Shown: positions 1 to 11,205 of the stretch, piece after piece
Position numbering within the stretch: position 1 is the first letter of the stretch
Layout of the letters: the number at the start of each line of letters is the position of its first letter
Assembly (NCBI GenBank): GCA_010909165.1
Contig: MU008159.1
Location: 868,001-932,000, forward strand
Direction of reading: 5' to 3'
DNA: 64,000 nucleotides
Origin: Anthoceros angustus
Taxonomy: Eukaryota; Plantae; Anthocerotophyta
Notes under the pieces: generated by a model
Database searches by the model: none
What the model was told of the DNA's origin: nothing
The model's input: the letters and a program-made list of their open reading frames with translations, nothing else
Position numbers and translations under genes: made by a program

Positions 1-2300
1 AATTGGTTACAGGAGTTGTAATAAGAATACGATAAGAGGAGGTTTAGTCTCCAATCTTTGCCTCCTCAAACTAAAACAAGAATGCAACAAAGACCTAAAA
101 ATACAACAAGAGTGCAACCACAATGAGTTAAATATCAACTACAATTGTGATTAGGTAGCCCTATTTCTTATAGGAACCCAAGGTTTACCTTATTCGATTG
201 GATTGACATTTGTGAGTTTGTCTAATCAAGAACTAAATCTAGATACAATTAATTTAACCTCTATTTAACTCAACTATGGTTTATCCTAGTCTTCTCTTCT
301 TAGTTGCTCTAGCTAGTCTTTTGTTGTAGTTCAGCTTGCTAGCTAATAACCATATATTCGGCCATGGATTGGATGATCAATCTTGTTCATCAGGCCATTC
401 ACCAATAACAGTTTATTAGGTCATGGATCGGATGGTCAAATCTCGTCCAAAGCCATGCTTCTTGCTTGTCCATTCACGGCAAACTTTGGTTATGGCTTAC
501 ACTCCTCCTTCTTCTGAATCGCAACCCATGAGTCGAAACATGATATTCTAGTAAAAGAAAAGTTAACCACAATAGATTAGAATACACGAGAGTTAAACAC
601 CACATATTAGAATTGACTACGGCATGACAAGAGTTACTAGCCCAATAGGGTCTAGAAGAGATAAATAAGAATAATCGTTACTGCGAAAGTCTAACCAGAG
701 GATAAATGGTGGTACCGATAAGATGACAACTAATTTAAATGCAGAATATAAATATGAGTGAAATACACTTACCAGCTTGATGGAAAAGAGGCTCATCTTC
801 GCCATCCGCTTTGGTTGAAACTAGGTGTCGAGGCGTGTAGGCAACAAGTGGCAAACGAGCACACGTTGATAATAATTGTGAAGGCACGATTGGAGGAGCA
901 AGCAAAACGCCATCTATTGTTTGCTTTTGAAACTCCATAGTAGGGTCCTGAGGTTGATGCATATGGGATCGAAGCATATGGGTATTTGGAGATGACTTTA
1001 GAAAACGTCCAATGATATCTTCTGGTAATTGCGCTCCCCAAGAGTGAGGATGCACATACACCAACTCACATAAGAACTCCTCAGTTACGCAGCCTATGAG
1101 CGTATTAGAATTGGGATGAAGTGCCATCAATTGTGCCCTGTTGGGATGGAGTGCCATTCTTTGCGCGCCTTGATGGGCAGAGGTGTGCCTCGCTTGAGTG
1201 GGGACTTCCGCACAAGATCACCCTCTAGGTAAAAGATAAAAAGATCTAAAAAATAGATCTAAAAAAAAACAAAAAAAGATTTAAAAAAATAACAAATGCT
1301 CCATATTTCTATCACAATTATAAACCACTTTGTCCTATTATACACAGTTTACCGCACAACTGTGGTAATGCACATTATGTGTGCAATGTTGAACGACTTA
1401 ATCTCCCGACCACAAAGCTGCTTACCACCTTGTCCTAATAAAGATAGTTTACTGCACAATTGATTATCGCACAATAGGTAGAGGCTGTTTACCGCGCAAC
1501 AGTTAGAGAAGAAGAACACTAGGACCAGCATACAAGATTGGACCTTCTAGAATCATAGATGAGGTCTATTAAATAACAACCCAATGAGCCTTAATAAAGG
1601 GGGCACATTGCATTAATAAGGAACCTATTATTAAAGAGCAGCCCAACGAGCCTTTATATAGGAGGACATATTGCACTAATAAGAGACCTACCTATATTGT
1701 AGTCTAGATATAGTACTTTATAAATAGAGTATCATAAAACGCACGGTTGAACTTAAAATCTTCCTCACATGAACTAAACCTCTCCTTGTAAGAACTCAAC
1801 TAGATGACTTAAAAGCTTATAATAGTAAAAACTACGGGGGAAAACCTGTCCGAAAGGAAAAAGCCATATATAAGGCATTCTCAAAAACCACTTGAGCTAC
1901 AAAACTGAGCTAATATTTCTTGCCCTTAGATAGTAGTTTCTTAAATGGTTTGAGAAGCCTGATCTTTCTCATCCGCCATAATATTGGCACTTGAGAATTG
2001 AGCAAACTAAAATTGGCAAAACCTTGCATGATGCCCTGGCCTATTGCAAAAAGTGTGTATGTCCATATGTTTGGGAATTGGTGGTATTTTATTTGTAAAG
2101 AAATTCTATTGTTTGATGAAGTTTGGGGAATGGTGTATGCTGTACTACTTGGTGATGATTTATGGGTGATTGATGAAGTTTGGGCAGTGGTGCATGTGTA
2201 ACACTTGCTGATGATTTACGCGTGATCAAGGTACTGTGTTTGTGAGATGTATGTAATTGATTGCCCATGTTTTTTGGCTTTTACCAGCTATATAGCTGAT
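1..2300. mobile_element. Degraded retroelement/LTR-like remnants
   Basis: AT-rich, with no intact ORF. It has short imperfect ~60-bp duplications (~1560-1690, ~2110-2230) and LTR-like composition at 1-600 and ~1740-1950. Family not identifiable. Confidence 0.3.
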
Positions 2301-2312
2301 GTATGTAATTAA

Positions 2313-2630
2313 TTGCCCACTAGGAGACTGCTAACTAGGAGGCTGATGTATGTGACTCAATGGCCAACTAGGAGGCTGATGTCTATGATGCAATGGCCAA
2401 CTAGGAGGCTGATATCCGTGATTCAATTGCCAACTAGGAGGCTGATACCCGTGATTCAATTGCCAGCTAGGAGGCTGATGTCCGTGATGCAATGGCCAAC
2501 TAGGAGGCTGATTTCCATGATTCAATTGCCAGCTAGGAGGCTAATGTCTACCATTAATTATCAACTAACAGGCTAATATCTGTGATTATTTGCCAACTAA
2601 GAGGCTGATGTCTGTGATTCAATCCAACTG
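2313..2630. repeat. 33-bp minisatellite, ~9 diverged copies
   Basis: Unit approx. CAATTGCCAACTAGGAGGCTGATGTCCGTGATT. It gives the 11-aa periodic ORFs (QWPTRRLMSVM) in the ORF track. Confidence 0.9.
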
Positions 2631-2822
2631 AGAGGTTCATGAGAACGCCATGTTCGGGACTCATGCCTGTAATTAAATTGCCAGTGAGACTGATATGTGT
2701 ATTTCAATCTCAACGACGAATCTATTTTAATCCACTAAGACGGACGGTATTTTCCGTCATGGAACCTGGACAACTTGTACCATGGTGTGCCTAAGCTCTG
2801 GCACCAAGGGTATCCTTTGCCT

Positions 2823-5158
2823 CTAGACACCCCATCTAGGCAGAGGTTGAGCTGAGTCGGCATCAATCCACTGCCTCCACTCCAGAAAGACAGCGGCAGC
2901 ATTTGAAGTCACCATGGCTTGTGCTACCTGCTCCCCTATCAGACCATGGTAGACGAGGCCTCTAGCTCCCAAACCTCCAAAGAACCAAAACTTCGTACAG
3001 ACATCACCTGGCCTGTTGGAGGTCATCACCCACCTATCGATGCAACCCACTAATGGAAGTGCCCCTATATGTGTCCGTGGTGGCATCGCACGAACGCCTG
3101 CTCGCATTTGCAGCACCTCCCATCTTGAAATTAGCGGGTAGAAAACTCCGGTCTTTTGAACAAGTACATCATATGCATCGCTGGCTTCCTCCCGAGAGAG
3201 ATGAGTCGACAGATGAGTGGGGCCCCATTCTTTGGTTGCACCCATAACCATATTTCTCCGCCCTTGAACCGCTAGCCATGTGTTTGCTAAGATACTTGGT
3301 GTGTCCTCGGGGTGCTCCTCCCTGCAACATGCATGCCATGAGAATGTATATCTGGCGACATACAACCTTTGGGCTAAAACTGCTACTAGTATAATAACTG
3401 CCACGCATCAAAAGCTACCCAGACATGAGTGACAACCTGAAGGAAACTGTTTCGAGGTACACGTCCAAAAGCGAGCAGCATAAAAGGAACATCAAGCCAA
3501 AGTTTAAAACGGTTTAGCACTGTGCCTGACAGATCTTGGAAGCTGTAAATCCGCAACTATGCCTCTGCAAAATGAAATGGGCAGCTTGCCAACCAGTTCA
3601 GGTAAAAGAGAAGCCCTTGCTCCTAGACAAACAACGACTGCTTCAAATTGCCCTGTGCAGAAGAAAACACACGTCGTTAGATGCCAGATGAAGTGCCAAT
3701 TCAGGTCATGACGCATTCAGACAGGGCCATGATGATGTGTTCTGATAAAGACCTGAAAGACTTGAGAGATTCTGTATGCTTTCCTGATGGAGCAATGCCT
3801 GAGTACCCATACATCCCGAGGCTTCAGCTTTCTTGCTATATAGTCTACACGCCATCCACAAGGCCTGCAGTACATCCAAAGTTCAGAGTGGAGCGACTAC
3901 TCAGCTACCACGGACTGGGAAAAAATCCACATTTGCATAACCTGCAACCACAGCTGAGCTCGCCAAATCCAAACCTGAAGGTAGCGCTCCGGGTGTACAT
4001 TTATCCCAAATGGCATATGCAGGGCAACGCGATCTTCTGTCGGGATACGAAGACCAGGCACCAGACGTTCCAAGGACTTGCTATCAAGGCACTGCACACC
4101 CTGCTGACTGCTTGGCTTGACGTTCTGCACAGACTTCCGTCCCAACCAAAGTAAGCCTCGAAACCTCCAAGTGAGCCCTAAAACCTCCACGTGAATCACT
4201 GGTGACGCAAGCCCCTACTCCTCACACCTTTCTGAAGCCTGCTGCATGCTTCTCCAATGTTGCAGGTCTCACGATTCCCCTGCAGCATGTACGAAGGGCA
4301 TGATGGCCTGTTGAACGACACTGACGCCAGTGGCATACACCAGCTACCTATGCACACGGCTTGGACTCATTTTGAAGCGAACCTTCTCCAGGCGATGGGC
4401 TCACTTGCTACAGCCGGGCCCCGTTTCTCGGAGCACTCGCCTTCAGTAAGCCCCATGCTGTACAGCTCAGCAACTTCAATAAGTTTCAATGCTGCAGCAA
4501 AACCTTCAGCTCCCTTCCACAAAAGATTACCTACATACACTCAAGAAAAAAAAAGAAGCACAGATTGTTGACACAAACAATCACCAGCTTATCACCCAAC
4601 CAGGGAAGGCACAACAAAGTGCACTTCAACGTACCCGAGAGCAGTGGGAAAGTTAGGAACCTTGTGGATTATAGGGGTGCAGCAAGCCCCCGGAGACACC
4701 TGAAGCTCCAGCACCAATCCCTCCCTCGTCGTACAACTCAACACAAACCGGAGCTGCTGCAGTAGTGTGCTGCATTACATTACACGGTCCACCCATGTCA
4801 GCTTGGATGTCACGTTGTGCACTTCTTCATCTACCATCACCTCCACATGGTCCTTTGGAGCCGACCTGCAACAGATGCCATGCCACGGACACCCCTGCAA
4901 ACCCTGCCCCGAGAACCGCAAACCTGGAAAAGGCAAGAGAATAAGCAGACCTCCAGAGGCAAGCCAGCCCACCAGACCAGCACACGTAACAAGTGGAGCA
5001 AACCGGTACCTCCGAACTCCATCCTTGGAAGCAACGGACATGGCCCGCACCGGTTGCGAAGAAGGGCATTGCCGTACGGCAGCCCTGGTCTGCAAGGGGC
5101 AGGAAACGGGGACCGCCGCCCCGCACAGGCCCCCCTGCGCCCACCCGAATTGCGACAT
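2823..5158 (-). CDS. FAD-dependent oxidoreductase (DAO family, At5g48440-like), multi-exon, putative organellar transit peptide
   Basis: Exon peptides: AVLGAGFAGVSVAWHLL (Rossmann GxGxxG), GGIGAGASGVSGGLLHP, MPFGINVHPERYLQ, GATKEWG, RAGVRAMPP, WFFGGLGARGLVYHG. ATG at 5158, stop at 2823, GT-AG introns between the blocks. Confidence 0.85.
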
Positions 5159-5324
5159 GGTTGGTACAATGTCCCGGGATAGAGCCAAGGACAATTTCAC
5201 TCTCTTCGTGGGTTGTTGTCGCGCTTTGCAGGTTGTTGGCCCTCTTTGTGGCTTGTTGTTGAGGGTTGCAAATGTAATGAACTGAGGAGGAGTCGTTTCT
5301 GTCGTTCACTCATCGGCGAGGGAG

Positions 5325-7623
5325 ATGGCGGAGGAGGAGGAGGAGGAAGCGGCGGGCGGGAACGAGGACGGCGGGCTGCACTTCACGCTGCTCCTGGACA
5401 AGCCGCTGTCGGGCACCGTGGAGGTGGCGGCGTGGAACGTGGACAAGGACCTGCTGGCGATGGTGACGCGCGAGCACCAGCTGATTGTGCACCGCTTCAA
5501 CTGGCAGAGGCTGTGGGCGATCTCCCCGGAGCGGCGAGCCACGGCCATCTGCTGGCGGCCCGACGGGAAGGCCCTGGCGGTGGGCCACGACAGCGGCGCC
5601 ATCTCCCTGCACGACGTGGAGAACGGCGAGCTCCTGCGCACCGTGCGCGTGCACCAAGCCGCCGTGGAGTGTCTCCAGTGGACGGAGGAGGCGGCACAGC
5701 CCGATGCCGCCCCCTTCCCCATGCTCTTCCAGGACCGCACCCCGCGGTTCTTCCCTTCCGCTCCCCGCCCGCCTCCCATGCCCGGGGCGGCGCCCTCCTT
5801 CGACCTGGCCGGCGCCTTGGGGGACGACGCCTCCATCTCCGCCTCCCGGGCCGGCAGCCGGGCTCTGCACCACCGCCGGCTCAGCGTCCTGGTGAGCGGA
5901 GACGAGCACGGCGTCATCTGCCTCAGCGCGTTCGGGGTGTTCCTTCTGGCCCGCCTCGACGTCCGCCATCTCTGTCCCGGAATCCGGGAGCCCGCGGCGC
6001 TCCGGGTTGCGCTGTCCCCCGACCTCCGGCACCTCACGGTGCTGTGCCGGGGGGGAAGGGACGGGGCGATGCACGCCGTGGCCGTGGACACCGGCCTGCT
6101 GGGGGACCGGAGGCGGGAGCTCCGGCAGGTGGCGCTGCAGACGTCCGGGGTGGACGAGCTGCTGGAGGTGCTGCATGCGTCGGTGGCTGTGATGCGGAAG
6201 CACTGGGCGGACGCCGTGGGGGTTCGGGGACAGGTTCCAGGGGCTGGGGGCGATGCTGGCGGACCACGGGTCCTCGGCCAGCCCGCAAGAGGAGCTCTTC
6301 AGCCTTCTGGCCGCGGGCGCGGCCGGGTCCGGGCTGCACCAGTTCCTGGCCTCTTCCGTGGGCGAGGCCGGGCTCAAGCGGCTTTCCAAGAGCTTCGAGG
6401 CGGTGGGTCGGGAGATGCACGCCGTGGTGGCGGACCACCTGCAGCCCGCGGCGGAGATGATCGCGTTCCGGCTCGGGGAGCTGCTGGCGCTGTCCCGGTC
6501 CGGGAAACGCTTCCGGAGCGTGGGGCTGGAGGAGGAGGTGATGGAGCGGGCGGTGGATGCGGCCGGGATGGTGATGGTGCATGTCGAGCGGGTGCTGCTC
6601 ATGGTGGTGGACGCCACTGCCCATTTCCGGCTCTTCCTGGCCTGGCTCAGCAAGGCGCTCTACCAGCTCAACAACGAGGCTGTGCCGCAAGGGGATTCGC
6701 CGCCGCCGGTGGAGCCCGCCGTGGTGGCTTCCTTCTTGCGGACCCACTTCCTGAAGGACGCGGTGGGGCCGCAGCTGGTGGCTGGGGGGGAGCTGCAGCG
6801 GGAGGAAGAGGAAGAGGAAGAGGAAGAGGAGGAGGAGGAGGAGGTGAGGATGGCGGAGCTGGCTCTGGTGGGAGGGTTTCAGGACAAGGGATTTCTGAGG
6901 AGGACGCTCTTCGACCAGATCAAGGATTTGTCTGAGCGGTGCCTGGAGGCCTTCTCCAGGCCGCCGAAGGCCATGTCCCCGAATTTCCCCGCTCGGAGCA
7001 GCGTATTGTTGTGCGGAGCGGGCAGGGATGGCAGGGGCCTGCCGCTGTCGCACATGTACTTCGAGGTGAAGCAGGAGGGCGGGGCGAGGGGGCAGGCAAA
7101 GCTGCAGGATTACATCTGCTTCAACATGGAGGTGGAGTCGGGCGCTGCGGTCGCGTCTAGTGCTGTGGGGATCTTGAGGGGTTTCGGGTGCAGGGGCCAG
7201 GGGGCCGACGCCGCCTATCTTGATGCGGTGGCTGTGTGTTTGGAAGGAGAGCTTTGCTGCGTCGACTTGTCGCTTTACAAGAACCAGCAGCTCATCTTGC
7301 TGGTGGCCGAGAGGAAGGCGGCAGGCGGAGAGGAATCCAGGCAGGCCTGGCTCCTGCTTCTGGGCCTGGACAAGCTTCCTTTCTCGCGGATTCGCGTCCC
7401 CTCCGGATCCCCGGATCTGCTGCACATGTGCTCCTCGGCGGGGGCGTTTCTTTCCGTCGGGCTCAAGGACGGCAAGGCCAGGGCTGTGGCGCAACCGGAG
7501 GCGGTTGCGCCGCTGGCTGTCAGCGCGTCCAGAGGGCTGGCGTGTGTGTTTGCCGGGCAGCGCCGGGCACTGCTGTATGATCTGGAGGAGGATGAGCAGG
7601 AGAAGGATGAGGACATGGATTGA
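5325..7623 (+). CDS. APC4: Anaphase-promoting complex subunit 4, intronless; one apparent 2-nt frameshift in the G run at 6218-6222
   Basis: N-terminal LLLDKP..AWNVDKDLLAM..HRFNWQRLWAISP..CWRPDGKALAVG..LHDVENGELL matches plant APC4. Homology continues in the ORF 6253-7623 (FRLGEL, C-terminal VSASRGLACVFAGQRRALLYDLEEDE). Confidence 0.93.
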
Positions 7624-7755
7624 TCAAGATTGGATGCAGTAGTGCATAATGCCGGAGGAAGGAAGGCAGGCGTCAAGATTTTGCGAAGGAAAGGGAGACG
7701 GGGCTTTCTTGGAGCTCTCGGTCCTTGCGGCTCGGGGAGCCCGCTTTCGTTGAAG

Positions 7756-10041
7756 ATGCAAGATGAGGGAGTGGAGGCCAAGGAATCGGCGATGCGGGAC
7801 GTGGTGAAGCTTCTGTCGCTGCCGGACTCCCTCAACAGCATCGCCTCCATTCGGGCCGATTACGCGCAGCGTCTGCAGGCGAACGACGCGCAGCTCAGTG
7901 CCGATGTCATGACGCTGGTGGAGCACGCCAGGGCTGGGGTTGAGGAGCTGAAGTCGGCTCAGATCACCGTTGCGCAGATCGGGGACGATTTTGGCCGCAT
8001 CGATAAGTTGTGCAAAGAGACTCAGAAATTGATCGAACACCATGAGCAAATCAAGTTGCTGAGCTATGCAAGAAACAACATCGCCGTGACGCTCCAGGAT
8101 GTGGAGGGCATGATGTCCATCTCCGTCGAGGCCGCGGCGGCCAGAGCGTCCTTGTCGGACGATCGGGAGCTGGTGAGGACTTACGAGAGACTGTCCGCTC
8201 TTGAGGGGAAGAGGAGGTTTGCGCTTGCTGCAGCCTCGTCCAGGAAGGAGGAATCCAGCAAGCTGACGCAGTACTTTGAGGAGGTGAATCTGACGAGAGA
8301 GAAATTCGAGCAGACGCTTTGGGGCCATATCGGGAACTTTCTGAAGCTTGCCAAGGAGAGCCCGCAGACGCTCGTTCGTGCACTCAAGGTGGTGGAATTG
8401 CAAGAGCTGGCTGATAAAGAGGATGTGGCAGAGGTTGCTGGGGATGCTGGACAGCAGTCGATTGCGGCTGTCTCGGGTGCCAGAGGCACTCGGAAGGCAT
8501 CTTCAGCTGCCGCATTAGCTGAATCGGTGAAGCGGACAAGTGTTGCTGCTAGGGCAAGTACGTCTGGGAAGCCGTCGGTTTCTGGGAGGGGCTTCAAAGA
8601 CATTTGTTATGAGAAAATCCGGCTGTCAGCGGAATCCAGGTTTGACAGTCTTCTCACCAAGCTTGTCATGGAGAAGGATCTGAAGGCTGCTCTGGCAGAA
8701 GCCACTGTCATTTCCCTCGAGTTGCCTGATATCTACGACTATGCGGCTCCCTGTTTTCCACCTCGGTACGACATCTTTCACCTCATGGTCCAGCTGTACA
8801 CAGAGCGTTTCATCCAGATGCTTAGGAAACTTGCCGACAGGGCGAAAGAGCTATCGAATATTGAGATCTTGAAGATAACTGCGTGGGTGGTGCAGTATCA
8901 GGTGCAACTGGTGAACCTTGGAATCGACGAGCAACTGGCGCAGGTGTGTGGTGAAAGCGGTTCTATGGAGCCTCTCATGGCCGTCTATGTGGAACGAATG
9001 CAGGAAACCATGGAGAAATGGTACAAGAACATTCTGGAAGCTGACAAGACTACGGCCCCCAAGGCCACAGAGGAGGGGAAGCTGTGGACACCCGCTGCTG
9101 TGGATCTCTTCGGCATCCTCACCGAGCAGGTGCATCACGTGGAAGAGAACAGCACGGATGTCATGATCTTCAAGATCGCGGCTGCAGTTATCAAGGTGTT
9201 AAGTGGTTATCAGGCTGCGCTTGGGCAGAGGCTTTTAGAGCCCGTGGCACAGTTAGGTCTGGAGCCACTCTGTGCTATGATCAACAACAACGTCCGTTGT
9301 CATGCCTTGGCCAGGGATCTCGGTATCAACATAAAGGAGCATCTCGGTTCTGAGTATGATGACCAGATCAGTTTTGAAGCTACCTGCCAGGGCTTTCTGG
9401 ATCTCACCAAGTCCGCGGTGCAGTGCACGGTCCGTATTATCTTTGAGGACCCTGGCGTGAAGGAGTTGGTGGCTAAGCTTCACTTGAAAGAGTGGTATGA
9501 CGGAGCGGTCACTGAGTTCCTGGTAGCAACCTTTGGGGATTATTTTGGAGATGTGAAGACATACGTGGAGGAGAAGCCTTTCTTGCAGTTCGCTGAGGCA
9601 TGTTTAGGAGAGACGGTTGTGGTTTACGCTGACCGCCTCTTGACCCAGAGGAACTACATCAAAGAGGAAACTCTTGCCAGGATGATTGTAGATGAAGAGC
9701 AACTGGCCGACTTCTTCAAGCGGTTTGTTGATGAGGCCCTAGTTCACACCACCCTCATGCCGCTGCTGGAGCTGAGAGAGCTAGCATCAGCTGAAAGTGT
9801 CGACGCTTTTACTATGGCTTATACCAACATTCTCCGCAACCATCCCGATTGTCCACCAGAGGTCGTGGAGAAAGTAGTGGCCCTTCGTGAAGGCATCCCC
9901 AGGAAGGATGCCAAGGAAGTCGTACACGATTGCAGGGAGGTGTACACCAAAACTTTCGTTAATGGGGAGTTGCCCAAACCTGGCCCAGTATTCAGTCGGC
10001 TGTCCTGCTTTCCAAAAGTTGTGGCGAAGAGAAAGGCTTAG
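7756..10041 (+). CDS. SEC6: Exocyst complex component SEC6 (EXOC3), intronless
   Basis: One uninterrupted [47 protein letters not shown]-like, [39 protein letters not shown] match plant SEC6. The conserved start is the ATG at 7756 (the ORF track extends to 7630). Confidence 0.95.
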   Translation: MQDEGVEAKESAMRDVVKLLSLPDSLNSIASIRADYAQRLQANDAQLSADVMTLVEHARAGVEELKSAQITVAQIGDDFGRIDKLCKETQKLIEHHEQIKLLSYARNNIAVTLQDVEGMMSISVEAAAARASLSDDRELVRTYERLSALEGKRRFALAAASSRKEESSKLTQYFEEVNLTREKFEQTLWGHIGNFLKLAKESPQTLVRALKVVELQELADKEDVAEVAGDAGQQSIAAVSGARGTRKASSAAALAESVKRTSVAARASTSGKPSVSGRGFKDICYEKIRLSAESRFDSLLTKLVMEKDLKAALAEATVISLELPDIYDYAAPCFPPRYDIFHLMVQLYTERFIQMLRKLADRAKELSNIEILKITAWVVQYQVQLVNLGIDEQLAQVCGESGSMEPLMAVYVERMQETMEKWYKNILEADKTTAPKATEEGKLWTPAAVDLFGILTEQVHHVEENSTDVMIFKIAAAVIKVLSGYQAALGQRLLEPVAQLGLEPLCAMINNNVRCHALARDLGINIKEHLGSEYDDQISFEATCQGFLDLTKSAVQCTVRIIFEDPGVKELVAKLHLKEWYDGAVTEFLVATFGDYFGDVKTYVEEKPFLQFAEACLGETVVVYADRLLTQRNYIKEETLARMIVDEEQLADFFKRFVDEALVHTTLMPLLELRELASAESVDAFTMAYTNILRNHPDCPPEVVEKVVALREGIPRKDAKEVVHDCREVYTKTFVNGELPKPGPVFSRLSCFPKVVAKRKA

Positions 10042-11205
10042 GATGAAATCTACGTGCATCTGTTGTTCCAGTTATCATCAGAACAAGCATCAGGACGTCG
10101 AAGAGATTGTCGCTGCCGCGTTATAAGGGAATGGAACAGCACATCCAACATGCCCTTTCCATCGATTGCACACCACTCAGCCAGACTCTGGCCACAGGTT
10201 CTCATAGTCTCTCAAAGTAACTGTGTACGTATTGCAGGGCCGACACTTGTCCAGGTGCACCAACTTATCGTACATACCTCTTTTGGGGCCTGAATGTGCT
10301 TCTGCCTTGCTACATCATACATTGATTTCAGAAAGATTACTGTATATCCTTGCTAAGAACAGATCTGGCCTGGAAGATTACACGATAACATCAAAATATT
10401 AGAAACACAACACCTATTCGCTGACAAAGAGTATACCAAAGGATTACGTAGACATACCAAGACAGCTGCATGACCGTTTTTGATGTCCAGTGGCAGAGTT
10501 TTCCTGACAGGCGTCGCGAACATTAGGCTTGTGCGATAATAACATCAGGGAGCATGTGATACGCTACGAAGTGGTCTCCAGAAAGGATACCAAGGAAGTC
10601 CTGCAAGACTGCAGGGAGGTGTGCACTAAAACTTTCGTCAATGGGGACATGCCCATCCGGCCCAGCTCTCAGTCAGCTGTCCTAAAAGTTGTGGCAAAGA
10701 AAAAGGCTTCGGGCCAAATCCACGTGCATCAAACGGATCCACGAAACAGTGAAACAAGCACTAAGACGGCATTACTATGTCGCTGCTGCGTTATTAGGGG
10801 ATGGAGTGGGACATCAAGCATGCCCTTCCATCGATCAACACTACTCAGAAGCTCGTCTGGGCACAGTTTCCAAAGCTTCTCCAGGTGCACAGCTTATCGT
10901 ACAAATTTCCGTAGAGATCTGATTGTGCAGACCTGGTGATTTTACCTTACTATATCTTTCAACGATCGTAGAACCAGATACAGCATTGCTAAGAAAAGTA
11001 TCATCAAAGATATGGCCTGCAAGATAATACGACATTATAGGAATATTAGTAGACCAACACCTGTTCGCAGGCAGCGAGTAAACAAATGGATTACGCAGAC
11101 ATACCAAGACAGCTGCATGACCGGTTCTGCTGTCCAGTGGCAGAGTTTTCCTGTGTCAGGCGACCAGAAAGTTAGGACTGCGAGAATAACATCAGGGAAC
11201 ATTAT
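9898..11205. repeat. Diverged tandem duplication (~650 bp x2) of the SEC6 3' end / SQS 3' end junction
   Basis: Copy 1 ~9898-10555, copy 2 ~10577-11205. Shared strings include GGAT(G/A)CCAAGGAAGTC, AAAACTTTCGT(T/C)AATGGGGA, AAGACAGCTGCATGACCG and AATAACATCAGGGA. Confidence 0.85.

Noticed and set aside
735-1157. Host gene at the window start
   Set aside because: The ORFs are short, frame-broken and embedded in LTR-like sequence, with no recognisable domain.
6801-6843. Poly-Glu GAG/GAA tract in APC4 as a special feature
   Set aside because: An ordinary coding microsatellite in a variable loop.
5213-7494. Long overlapping ORFs 5213-6460(+), 5310-6653(-), 6034-7494(-)
   Set aside because: Shadow ORFs of GC-rich APC4: low-complexity Arg/Pro/Ala/Gly translations with no motifs.
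7630-7755. 42-aa N-terminal extension of SEC6
   Set aside because: Homology starts at [10 protein letters not shown] (7756). The upstream in-frame ATG lies 7 nt after the APC4 stop and has no conservation support, although it could matter if the pair is bicistronic.
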